Below are positions 32,900 through 46,106 of a DNA stretch of 64,000 nucleotides, piece by piece. The position numbers and the translations under genes are program-made. Each line of letters starts with the position of its first letter. The stretch's first letter is position 1. A model generated the notes under the pieces. The model was not told where the DNA came from. It did no database searches and was given only the letters and a program-made list of their open reading frames with translations. This DNA is from Chrysomallon squamiferum (taxonomy: Eukaryota; Animalia; Mollusca), in the NCBI GenBank assembly GCA_012295275.1, contig CM022666.1:10540001-10604000 (forward strand), given 5' to 3'.

Positions 32900-34665
32900 T
32901 TATAGAGGTGTGTATGTTACAGATATTCAAATATCTATCGAACCGAGATAATTATTGCTGTTTCTTTTCATTTTTCTTTTTTTTTAACGACCTTTTTGAA
33001 TCGATCCGTTGGAGTTACTGGCTGAAATAACGATAAAACATAATACATTGATTTCACTGAAATTTAAAAACAAAAGTTAAATGTTTTCTTTTATCGTTCT
33101 ATTCAGATTTCTAGAAGTGATCACTGAAAATGAATATTTTCTGCTCTGAGAACTGACCAAACGATCGTCTGAAGTCATCGTCACGTGACAAACGCGTGGG
33201 AGCTCTTCTGACTCGAGTCCAACTGAACGTCAACACAGAAACCTGAAGAAAAATAACAAGCGAAAACGTGCTAACTAGACGCGCCTTCGTGAGACGAAAG
33301 AGGAGTGACGTGAATGAGAAGTGGAAAGATAAGGAATGGAGAAATACATGTAATTTTGTGTGTAACAGAGAGTTTCTGAAAGTGAAACTGTCACATTAAA
33401 TGAAGAATGTGCGCGCATTTACAGAAAGTTCTGTTTACTGCAGGACGTATTAAGTATTCAATGTGCATCAACCAGCATGGCATGTAATATACTGTTCTTG
33501 TTCAAATGCATGTTTTTAATAAAGATTTTAAATAAAAAATGTATTTGTTTTCTTCTTCGTATTATCAATAATAAACTGATCATGCCCACGATGAGTTATA
33601 AAGTCGGTACGGTTGTAGTATTAGTTACCAGCTGTAAAACATTATTTTAAATGTCGTTCACTTCCGAACCATAACTTAACACATAACAGTTTGCCTGATT
33701 ACACAACTGACTTCAATCGTAAATTTTTGTTTTAAAACGTAGTAATAAAAAATGCATCCTTCATGTCTTTATTAATAAAAGACTACATTTGTTTACTGAA
33801 ACGTAAATGTAAATATTTACGAATATACGCCTCCGTGCACAAATAAACCAAAGACAAATCATTTGAATTGAATAGAGACATTGCCATGCATTGTACAACA
33901 AAGAAATTACTTTTGAACGAAAGAAAACAAGAACAGGATAATAACACTGTGACAAAATTGTTTCAGTATTTAAACAAGAATTCTTATAGTAATAAAATAA
34001 AACTACTGTTCATCTCAATTGTCTGCATTTCCGACCGGTCGTACATCGGTATCCTAATGAGCTGGTCATTATTTATCGTATTTTCAGCATTTTTAATTGT
34101 TTAGATAATAACTGTGCTTTCAAAGATGAAGATGCCTTAAAACGAAAAGCATGGATATGAGCTGGAGATTAAAATTATTTCTGTTTTTCTATGTCCAGTG
34201 TTTTTACACGTAATAAGAACGTGAAGTTTTCAATAGCACGGCACTCACAATATTATGTTTATTTCAATAATTTTTATCGATATCAGAAGCAAATAAAATA
34301 ATATTTTAGTGAGGTGAAATATGCTGAGGCTATATGTCAAAGAAGAAACGATAGTTTCAAGGTGTGACACTGCAGACAACTTTAAATTATATATGTATGT
34401 TTATGAACGTCTTTGTTTGTGTGTGTATGTATTTTGATAATTACAGCCTGGTGTGTTGTCAAATTGTTGAATATTTGCGTAATGTGAAAACTGAAAGTCA
34501 TTTCACATTTCTATCTTGTGCTTACAGATAATAACGTGACGTCACTCCATTGTGATGACGTCGAGTTGTTTCTAACGAAGTGCCGAAAATAAACAAGTAA
34601 CGACGTGCATTATTTTCAGGTATAACACAAGTAAATTTCCATTTGAACTCTGAATTTATATCAAA
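31908..34665 (+). repeat. Left arm of a 2.75-kb inverted repeat (partner 43290-46043)
   Basis: It matches the reverse complement of 43290-46043 across exons, introns and 3' flank. The match is near-identical to about 34240 and more diverged after that. The ORF track shows identical 78-aa ORFs at 33868 (+) and 43848 (-). Confidence 0.96.
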
Positions 34666-35025
34666 TTCAGAAGTCATCACTGAAAATGAATATTTTCTCC
34701 TCCGAGAATTGATCATACGACCGGTTGAGGTGAGAGTAATGTGACAAACGCGGCTGACAACGTCTCACTTGGGTTCTCCAAGGAACCATGAAGATAAATA
34801 ATATTTGAAAAAGCTCGATGAAGCTGTGCATGTATACAAACCAGCATGGAGATAATGTTAATGGAAAAAACAAATTTATGCAATCTGAAATCTGACGCGT
34901 GGAAGGAAATTAGAGCGAAGAATTTGACTGCACCATTTGGATCTAATCTATAGGAACGCATTAACTGCACTGTTTAGTTTTAATAGTGTTATATGTACAA
35001 ATATGTGAATTCAGTAATAATAAAT
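34666..35025 (+). pseudogene. Orphan diverged copy of the BTB-gene terminal exon and 3' UTR
   Basis: agaagtcatcactgaaaatgaatattttctcctccgagaattga aligns without gaps to 33113-33155. Shared tgacaaacgcg and accagcatgg follow, with AATAAA at about 35018. It reads EVITENEYFLLRELIIRPVEVRVM*. Confidence 0.75.
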
Positions 35026-35646
35026 TTCCTGACTTGTTTTATTCAGTTATATTCTAAAATATTTTAGCATTAAAACGGATATGAATAACATGCATAATTC
35101 CCAACTTGTCACTTTCGTAGGTTTAGATTTAGTGATATTATGTGTACCCCTACTTCAGAGAAGATGTAATATAACGTTATTTAGCTAGTATCCCTCTTAC
35201 AAATGTGTCTTATTTGATACAGTTTGTACCTGTATTCGCGACAACTGTACCCGAAACTGAAATTATGTTAGTTCCTTTAAGACAGTTCGTACACTTAATT
35301 CTCTTATATATATATATAACATTATGTAAAAAAAAAAAAAAAAAAAAAAAAAAATGAAGAAAATTACTACAGTCCAAAAATATCAGAAAATCCATTAATA
35401 ATGCAGCGTGATCTAGCTGCAGCGCAAATTGTCGATAGAGTATAACGTTATCACAATTTAAAATATAAAGCAAAAGCAGAATGACATTAAGATAATAAAA
35501 ATCTCTAAATATAACTCTATTAACAAATAAAAATGTAAAAAATAGGCAACATCTGGATTTTTATATTTCCCGTGTATCGGTCGCATTACACCCTTCTGAC
35601 AACAGCGAATCAATAATAATAAGTGTATAAATAAATATCAGGTGCC

Positions 35647-35649
<3 letters not shown>

Positions 35650-35724
<75 letters not shown>

Positions 35725-36033
35725 GTTTAAAATCAAATTATGTTTCTAGACTTGTGAGTACAATGCGATATAAAGTGATACATTATTCATTATTTTATTT
35801 ATATTATTATTCCATTTATTTACTTTTATATTACTATTTATTTTATTTTATTTTTATTTTTATTTTTATTTTATTTATTTACTTTTATATTACTATTTAT
35901 ATTATTTTATTTTTATTTTTATTTTATTTTATTTTATTTTATTTTATTTTATTTTATTTTATTTTATTTTATTTTATTTTATTTTATTTTTATTTTTATT
36001 TTATTTTTATTTTTATTTTATTTTTATTTTTTA
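35650..36033. repeat. (CT)n microsatellite followed by an (ATTTT)n low-complexity tract
   Basis: Read directly from the sequence. Confidence 0.9.
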
Positions 36034-36063
36034 TGACAGTACGTTATTATGCAACAAATGAAA

Positions 36064-37193
36064 TTAGTACTTAGTACATTTAATTTGCCCATTTGTATGA
36101 CACGCACATATTTTTCGCCACCAAAACCATCCGCTTGTCTTTGAGAACCCAGCGCTATAACAGCTACCTTTGATTTCACAGTCTGCAAGGAAAAAGAAAT
36201 TAAAGAAAATAAACAGAAAATAAATTAGCGATACTTTTAACGCGTCAATTATAAGTTAACTGTAGCATGTATAAATTTGAGAATATTGAAACACTGTGTA
36301 AAGAAATGTATGGAAATGTCAGACTTAACTGGGTTTTTTTTAGGACACCTGTAATCTTTGTGTTAGTAATGTTCAACATTTTGCTAATGTCATTTATCTT
36401 CAAAAGGTGATTTTGTTTTGACTCTCTTTACTACTTATATATGAAGAATTTAAAAAGTACCTATACGTAATACACTAAACCAGCCACGATTACTGCAAGT
36501 TACATAAACACATTTTATTCGTCTAATTGTATTTGCCTGAATGCAGTCTTTAAACTTGACAAAATCACAGACAACAGCTTGAAAAATTGAAAATAAATAT
36601 TTGTTTAAAACAAATAGTCACAAACAGAAAAACAAATCTTAGATTATTAATAGTAGCAATAATAAATTAATTAGCAGTAAAATCAAATGTCATCAAAATA
36701 GAAATAAAAATCCCCAAATATGATGACTATTAAATCATCCTGTAATTGTTTTCATCATTATTACCATTATTATCACATTATTGTCATTATTACAATCATC
36801 ATCACTATTATTAAAATAATCAGTATTATTATTATTTTAATCACTAATATTGTTATTATTATTGCCTTAATCGTCAACATTATTGTCATTATCACTTCAT
36901 CTTTATAATAAGCATCATTTTTAACAATATTATTAATGTTGAAATGACTTACTAGAACTAGCATCTTTATAAACAGTAAACTTCACATTTGCTGCTGTGT
37001 TGTTATTTGTAGTTCTTACAAAGACACCGTAACTAAACACACCACACTTGGTGGCAACATTCGTGTATGTGGCTGGAACTTGAGTACCATATATTTTTAC
37101 ATCTGTCAAAAACCAACAACAACAAAAATTAAATGAGCTGTCAGTTTCTTGTATACTAAACTTACACACAATGATATATATACAAGCGAATAT

Positions 37194-37290
<97 letters not shown>

Positions 37291-38979
37291 TTTGTGTACA
37301 ACTGAGAATATTTATATGTACTGAAAGGATGCTGATAGCTGATACTGACATATGACTGTATTGGTCAACTATTAAGACTTGATGTTCTGTTTACTTACTG
37401 AGTTAATAACGTCTTTTAACTGATATTTCAAACACGGAGATGTGTAGGTGGGTCTGCCCAATACAGAAATAATTCTGGTTATCAAGTATTGACACTTTGT
37501 TGTTTTTGTCAGCTACTGAGACTTGATGGTGTCGATCGTCCGTTTATGCGAGTTTCCATTTTTCTTGGCAAGAATTGTAGGCTAATATAATACGAGAGAT
37601 TTTTCAGCCTTTGATTATTTACTTATTTAATATAGAATATTCTATTAAAAAACAAAGATTTGCTGTTGACTATAATACTCACACGAGGTTTGCTTATCAA
37701 TTTCGAAACCACCTTCAACGCATTTAAGTGTAGTGGAACCGTGGAAAGAGAACTGATGGACAGTTAGTCCTACATTCACTTTACCCCACTGTGTCTCACA
37801 CTGTCTAGTTTGTTTGTTGTACACAGCATAGAAAGCTAAAATAAATATATTTTTTTAGATCTTTGTCAAACCGAATTCCTGTGTGTGTATGTGTAAGTAT
37901 GTATGTATGTGTTGATATGTCTATATACCTACCTGTCAGTTTAACTGTATAACTGTCTCTCTGTTAGTCTCTTAATATCTTAGTATTATGCAAGGTTTGG
38001 AAAATAGTGTTACTATTTGCTATCTATTCTGGATTTTGAATATAATATAGTTTCTTTTTTAATCTGATTTAATACAATGGCTATTAAAGTTAATAATGTC
38101 AGAATACTCAAAATTTGTTGGGTTTTAGCCTTCTCACGTCTCTTCTCCTGAAGTTATTATGTAGTTTGTTTCCTTGTTCTTTGTTGTTGTTTTGTTTTGG
38201 GGTTTTCGTGGGTTTTTTTTGGGGGGGGGTTGGGAAGGTTTTTAACCTTCATGATAGGTGAATGTGTGTTGATTTTCTTTCGTAAAACGAATGATTCGAT
38301 GAAGTAAACATGACAAATCTTTACTGCAGACTTGTTTGTCTTTCCTTAAGATGTGCACTTTGACCCAGTTGATCCTATTTTTACTGAGACAAACATTTAT
38401 TTATCTTAACTTCTAAAGTCGGTACTATTATACAATTTTCCACGTTTAAAATTATAGAAATAAAAAGTATTTTTAACAAAAAGAGAAAATGGCCCAAATA
38501 TTTATTCTAAGCAACCTCTGATATTCATAGTGAATTATAATATCAATTTGGAATGTACTGTAAATTATAAATAAAATAGTCGTTATGTTATTTCAAATGA
38601 AAAGTAACTTAAAAGATAAACAGTTTTATATTATTATCACTGTTACTAAGAACAACTACTGCAATAACTACAACTACTAGTATTTTAACTACTACCGCTG
38701 TTGTTTCTGATGGTTTTTGACCTTCTTCTTCTTCTTATTATTATTATTATCATCATCATCATCATCAACAACATTAGTAGTAGTAGTAGTATTGTTATTA
38801 TTATTTCCTTGTCCTTCTCAGATGAAGATAGCATTTAATAACTCTAAAATAAAGTTAAGAATGCCAACTTCCCATCAACAAAATCGAAATAACTAACTCA
38901 TCTCTTTTTTTTCAAAAATTTTCAATAGCACATGTTGGAATGATGTAGTCATAATCAGTAGGAACATTACTGCAGACAT
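36064..38979 (-). pseudogene. Secreted cysteine-containing protein gene (5 exons) with two in-frame stops in exon 3; pseudogene or exon-3-skipping gene
   Basis: Exons 38979-38898 (signal-like MSAVMFLLIMTTSFQHVLL), 37835-37683, 37581-37399 (TAA at 37546 and 37405), 37102-36953 and 36182-36064 (CEIKGSCYSAGFSKTSGWFWWRKICACHTNGQIKCTKY*). All introns are phase 1 with canonical splice sites. Confidence 0.65.
37199..37288. repeat. (GA)n microsatellite
   Basis: Read directly from the sequence. Confidence 0.95.
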
Positions 38980-40512
38980 GTCGACTGGAATTATCTGTAA
39001 TAACAGACATCAAAGAATAGTAAGCAAAAATGTTAACAACAAAACTGTAACTGCAATTTCAGTAACAAGAACCTGTATTAACTAAAGATTTTACATCAGT
39101 GACAAGAAAAAACAAAAATATAAAATTTAGTAGTAACATATAGTAACATTTAGTAGTAAAAATGTTGTTGCTAATTCTAATGTATGACAAGTAATACTTT
39201 TAGTAATATGTTAAAAATGTAACAAGTTAAAATGTTGATTCTAGTACAACATACTAGAAAAACAAAACTGAAATTAGAGAGAAGTAAAACGTACACGATT
39301 TTAAGGTAAGCAAAATAAAACCGGTTGTATGTAAATAATGAAAAGTGAACAGCAAGTAACATGTAACTAAAGTCAAAATGTTACAAATAAAGTAGCTAAA
39401 ACACCGAGATGTTACAACAATCTAAATATTAGTAATAGTCACTGATCAAGATACTGAATGCTAATGATGTATGTAAAGTTAAAATGGTAAAAATATACAA
39501 ATACACAACTGAAATCAAAGTGTTAAGAATAGCGCTGTACCGTCAAACAATGTAACGAAAGTAAATACATTAGTAATATTATAGTTCTGGAGGTGCATAC
39601 AACCTATATAAAAAGAATAAGGAAGAAGAGAGATGTAAAATTATCACTTAATGTTACTAATTTCAAAATGTTATTAATGGAGTAGCAAAAGAGTTACACT
39701 GTAAAAAAAAGTCAAAAAGTCAAATAATATAATGGTATCAACAACAGCAACAACAACAACAATAGCGATTGTAATAATAATATAACAACAACAACAGCAA
39801 ACGTAACAACAACAACAACAACAACAATAATACAGTCAATAAATGTAAATGCTCGATGTTATAAATATATATAATAAAAAACCTACGCTGATAAAAAATA
39901 ATGTGTTTTAGTTCTATTCCTAAAAATAATAAATACACACACATAAATTTTACCACTGATGTGGAAGCGCATCACCAAATGATAAAAATCAAATCAAATT
40001 ATTCTCTCTAAAACATGGTATGTATGATAATACCTGGCTACAAGCGACACATCAAATCAATGAAAATAAATAAAAATGTTGATTTGAGTGACGAGATGGG
40101 TCAAAATATATGTTTTTTTTCTTCCTTGTTTTTTTTTTTTTTTTTACTTTATTTTATTTCAGTTTAATTAATTAATTAATTAATTAATTTATTTATTTAT
40201 TATTGTTTTTCTTCTTTTTTGTCGAATTGATATAATAAAGATTATTCCGGGCACGCTCTGTGACGTGCACTGAAAACTGGACAGAATACAAAACCCCTCT
40301 TCCTAACTGCAAATAAAGTTTACAAAACCAAAATTCTTCTGTTTTGTGTCATTACAGGAACTTAATAACCTCTTCTGTTGTTTGTAATATACTGATTTAG
40401 TTCTCTTGCAATCTTTTGACCCCAGCTTCCAACAATTTACAACGGAATTTTTGAAGATATTAAAAATATCCGTTTTACTGATTTTATTAATTATAATTAG
40501 TATCTAAAACTA

Positions 40513-40629
40513 ATTTTATTATTATAATAACTAATCCAGCTATCTATTCCTATTTTATTATTATAATAACTAATCCAGCTATCTATTCCTATTTTATTAT
40601 TATAATAACTAATCCATCTATCTATTCCT
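40513..40629. repeat. 39-bp tandem repeat, 3 copies
   Basis: attttattattataataactaatccagctatctattcct starts at 40513, 40552 and 40591. Confidence 0.9.
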
Positions 40630-43289
40630 CACTACTCACTGACTCGTGCAAGTCGTAATGACAATCAGGAACGAGACTGGCACATGACACTGAGAAGTGG
40701 AGAATGAGATTACTGGATTAGTAATTGTGACGGAACCTCATTAGTACCTCTTTGCCAGATTTGTTTTTAATTGTGATTTGGTTTTCTATGTAGTGAATTA
40801 TAGAATATTCACAAAATCTCTATTTTTATATGCCCATTAAAGCAGGATGTCTGCTACATTTTATCTTAAATATTTTATTATATTACGTTTAATATTTATT
40901 TAGCTATCTTGTATAATCATGTTTATAATTTATATTTTTACAGTTCTTAACTGTTTACCTAATTAATGTCAGGAAATGGGAGTAAATACACAAAAACTAA
41001 ATAGCAGAGCGTATGCAGACGTACATGGGCTATTTAGAAGCTGTATTATATAATTAGGGGAAGTTCCGTTATTTAATAAACTAAGAAACACTGGGGTTTA
41101 ACAACTCAAAATTGGCATTAAAAGCTGCAAAGTAAATTCAGTAAGGCTATCTGCAGAGGTGCAGATTGAACACCTGAGCGATGGGTATATAAGTAACGGC
41201 AGGAGAAACCCTTTCTCTTTCCTTCCTCAAAATTCATTTTCATTGGCCTGCCAGAAAGCGTGCCAGTAGTAGACGAGCTTCACAACAGTTCGCTCTGATT
41301 AGCACGTTAAATTTTTCCAGTTCCAGTTTTGAACGAAATCTCTTTGATCGGTTCCCTTCTTGAGAGATTTTTTCTGTTGGCCGTCTGCACAAGACAAAGG
41401 AAAACGCAGACAATGGCAATTACGTTTTAATGTTTTGTATATGTAACCATATCTTGAATGTTTGAAGATAGCTTAATCTATTACTGTTGAATTTTCATAG
41501 CGTTATTCTATGTGACGTACTTACATTTATAAAACTAAGATAACGTATTTTAATAATTAAAAAGAGTGTTTAGAAAGATTAAGTAACCAACTGGTCTGAA
41601 TTAGTTTTGTATTATTTGTCAACGCTATTTGCTTTGACAATGTATCGTCGAATCGTACGATTTAACTATATCAGTATATGTTACCCTTGAGGGTTAATTT
41701 ATGATAACTCTCTGTGTATATAAAACAATTATCCATATTAAATTCTTGTTTGTGTTATTGTTCTCTAGTGGACAGAGAATAGTCATTTAGCAGTTTAAGC
41801 TGTCGCAGATAATTAACACCTTGCCACGTGATTACTATAGTCTGCTACCCTTTAGGCGGGACGAGCCAAATATTAGGTATTACCACTCATACTAGTCACC
41901 GTGACAGTAATTATGTCTCTAATAGAATTATCAATTAAAAATGCTAATTAATATTACTTGTATGTCTTTAAACGCATACTTCTATTTACAGACGATATAC
42001 ATATAAAATAAAAGTCATTATATATATTTCAGTCCTGGTACTTATCATGGTAGCATTTTATTTTTCACCGTTAAAAAGCATTCCAAATTCATAAACATTT
42101 GGTCTCTACCGTCAGAAGTTTCTTTTCTTTTCTCCTTAATAAAAAAGCGACACATTAAATACTGAAGTTCATCACTAGTTTCATTATTTCTACTTACATT
42201 TTATTTTTCTTCTCTATTTGTGTTTCTCATTGGAGAGACAGTGTAATAACTGTAAGGAATTTTTGTGATCAGTATTCAAATATGTCTCCAAGCAATATTT
42301 TATTTAAACAGTTTATAACACAATGCTTTAGATGAATTTCCAATATTATTATGTCCATGTTTGTAAAAACCAATCATGTAATCTTACAGAAACTTCACTT
42401 ACACGTGGTATTTAGTTGTACTGATACTCCACACATTACTATACACAGCGTTATAAAACACATATTCATTCTATTAGTATAATAGTCCAGCTATTTAAAT
42501 TCTATAACAGAATCTGTTGCCTATGTAATTAATAAACGGTTAAAACAAAAACGTGACTAACTTCGTGAAAAGAACACAATGCCGTGATGCTTTACGGAGA
42601 CCAAGTTATCCTATAGTTTCATGTATAAAAGTTTCCACGTCTGTTGTTAAGACTCGTAAATTGCCAAGCCCATGTTTTACGTTTAATAAATTTATTTCGA
42701 GAATAATATTAATTATATAAGCCATAGCCTATTCATTACCTGTACGATTAAAGAGATACGTGAAATTTAATATTCTAACGATTCGTGTTTGGACAATAAT
42801 AGGTGTGTGATTAGGAGTGTGAATTTAAAATAACAAGTATCTTGTTGGTGTATTCGTTACAATAAAAGTTAAAATTGAGTTCACACGATGCTATTTATAA
42901 TAAGTTGATATCGATGATAAGAAAATCATTATAGCTTTACGTTAATGCGCACTTCAATTTTTCGTTAGTTTAATCCAGTGTATTAGTAATTTAAAAAAAA
43001 TTACTATTCAATGGCTTGTTTATGAGGACAACACCACAAATGAAGAAACGCAGCAAGTTTTTTAATAAGAAACTAAATACTTGTTCTTTTCAGTTTATAC
43101 AAACGGTAAATTACTGTACCATGCTTAAAATAATCGTTAACGAATAAAAATTAGGTTTTAATGTTTGATCAGCAGCGCTACTCCAATCTAATAATATATA
43201 ATTGCTAACTAATGTCGTTTCATCAAAACTAAGATTTACGATTTTTTTCATTCTTTAACCCTTATATTTAATGTTTAAATATTTTCACG

Positions 43290-46043
43290 TTTGATATAAA
43301 TTCAGTGTTCAAATGGAAATTTACTTCGATTATACCCAAAAATAACGCATGTCGCTACCCATTAGTATGCGGCACCTCGTTAGAAACAAAACGTCATCAC
43401 AATGGAGTGACGTCACTTTATTATCTGTACGCACAAGATAGATAGAAATGTGAAATGACTTTCAGTCTTCAAATTTAACAACACACCAGGCTATAATTAT
43501 CAAAATTCAGACACACACACACGAACATACACACAACAAAGACGTTCATAAATATACATATATAATTTAAAGTTGTCTGCAGTGTCACACCTTGAAACTA
43601 TCGTTTCTTCTTTGACATATAGCCTCAGCATATTTCACTTCAATTAAATATTATTTTATTTGCTTCTGATATCGATGAAAATTATAGAAATAAACATAAT
43701 ATTGTGAGTGCCGTGGTATTGAAAACTTCACGTTCTTATTACGTGTAAAAACACTGGACATAGAAAAACAGAAATAATTTTAATCTCCAGCTCATATCCA
43801 TGCTTTTCGTTTTAAGGCATCTTCATCTTTGAAAGCACAGTTATTATCTAAACAATTAAAAATGCTGAAAATACGATAAATAATGACCAGCTCATTAGGA
43901 TACCGATGTACGACCGGTCGGAAATGCAGACAATTGAGATGAACAGTAGTTTTATTTTATTACTATAAGAATTCTTGTTTAAATACTGAAACAATTTTGT
44001 CACAGTGTTATTATCCTGTTCTTGTTTTCTTTCGTTCAAAAGTAATTTCTTTGTTGTACAATGCATGGCAATGTCTCTATTCAATTCAAATGATTTGTCT
44101 TTGGTTTATTTGTGCACGGAGGCGTATATTCGTAAATATTTACATTTACGTTTCAGTAAACAAATGTAGTCTTTTTATTAATAAAGACATGAAGGATGCA
44201 TTTTTATTACTACGTTTTAAAACAAAATTTACGATTGAAGTCAGTTGTGTAATCAGGCAAACTGTTATGTGTTAAGTTATGGTTCGGAAGTGAACGACAT
44301 TTAAAATAATGTTTTACAGCTGGTAACTAATACTACAACCGTACCGACTTTATAACTCATCGTGGGCATGATCAGTTTATTATTGATAATACGAAGAAGA
44401 AAAACAAATACATTTTTTATTTAAAATCTTTATTAAAAACATGCATTTGAACAAGAACAGTATATTACATGCCATGCTTATTGATGCACATTGAATACTT
44501 AATACGTCCTGCAGTAAACAGAACTTTCTGTAAATGCGCGCACATTCTTCATTTAATGTGACAGTTTCACTTTCAGAAACTCTCTGTTACACACAAAATT
44601 ACATGTATTTCTCCATTCCTTATCTTTCCACTTCTCATTCACGTCACTCCTCTTTCGTCTCACGAAGGCGCGTCTAGTTAGCACGTTTTCGCTTGTTATT
44701 TTTCTTCAGGTTTCTGTGTTGACGTTCAGTTGGACTCGAGTCAGAAGAGCTCCCACGCGTTTGTCACGTGACGATGACTTCAGACGATCGTTTGGTCAGT
44801 TCTCAGAGCAGAAAATATTCATTTTCAGTGATCACTTCTAGAAATCTGAATAGAACGATAAAAGAAAACATTTAACTTTTGTTTTTAAATTTCAGTGAAA
44901 TCAATGTATTATGTTTTATCGTTATTTCAGCCAGTAACTCCAACGGATCGATTCAAAAAGGTCGTTAAAAAAAAAGAAAAATGAAAAGAAACAGCAATAA
45001 TTATCTCGGTTCGATAGATATTTGAATATCTGTAACATACACACCTCTATAATCAATTTCTGGGCTGCTTTCTTTTTACTATGTTTATAACATGACGTCA
45101 GCAAGTCCGCAATCTGACTTTTGCTCTTTAAACGACGAGCAAAATCCCAGCATGCTTTGCTCAGATCTTTCAGTTCATACTCTGAAGCAGCACACAAGAG
45201 ACCTGCAATATATTAAAAATAATTAATATTCATTAATCTGAAACAAAGCAAAGAATTAACAAATTAATATTCATTTAAATGAAATATTACAACAGTTAAC
45301 TAATTAATATTTATTTATGTTAAATATTAACAAATTAATTTTCATTTGTCTGAACTATTAATTAATTAAGATTCATTGCCATTATTACTATTATTATTAT
45401 TATTATTATTATTACATAATTTTTACTTACCAACAACAACCTTTCCACAGTGCAGAAACGTGACCAAGCTGCGGAAGACGTCGGTGTCGTAATCTGGGAT
45501 TGGAATGGTCAGATGACTGCTTTGATGTTTGGATTTTGACTTTTTCTTTGATAGTTCTTCAGTAGATTTGCGCTGGTGATACAGTATCAGCTGATAGAGA
45601 ACTCTGTTTTAAAATACACGAACAAACAATAAGAAACGAATCTTATAAATTAACTTATATTTAACACATTAACTAAATATTAAGCACATTACTAGTAACT
45701 TTCCTAGATGATGTATTACTTTTTTTTTCTTTTTTCTTCTAAATTAGATCATTGAAGAGAATTTTTGTTCTCTCTTTCTCTTTAGTTCTTTTTAAAGATA
45801 AAATTACTCAGAAAGTAAGGCTTAAAACTTTCACAGAAAATGAAAAAGGTAATTTTACCTGCTACGTGTGGCCATGATAGCTTTCACTCCATAAACGGGA
45901 ACTCGTTGTTTGCCCACCAGGAACATGACGTCACACAGTTCAGACATTGTGATGACGTACTTCAGACTGTCACACAGACCGTTCGTGTTGCTAAACATCA
46001 TTATCTCCCCTAATTCACTAGATGGTTGGCAGGTGGAGTTAGA
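43290..46043 (-). repeat. Right arm of the 2.75-kb inverted repeat (partner 31908-34665)
   Basis: Reverse-complement match to the left arm, with a few SNP and homopolymer differences (for example ctgggaa vs ctaggaa, aaccagc vs aataagc). Confidence 0.96.
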
Positions 46044-46106
46044 TTGACTGATACCCATACAGCAACCAGAATCGTTTTAATTAGGAGATATTGACACTGA
46101 CAACAT
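44825..46106 (-). CDS. BTB/POZ serine-enriched-protein-like, copy B; about 183 aa from Met at 46058, with an upstream in-frame ATG (46106) interrupted by TAA
   Basis: Exons 46106/46058-45859, 45603-45431, 45202-45045 and 44845-44825. The BTB sequence matches copy A, with intact KHSKKKAAQKLIIE. The 5' part reads MLSVSISPN*NDSGCCMGISQSN. Confidence 0.75.

Noticed and set aside
33761-34104. 78-aa and 64-aa ORFs duplicated at 43848-44275
   Set aside because: They lie downstream of the polyA signal, have no recognisable motifs, and recur only because of the inverted duplication.
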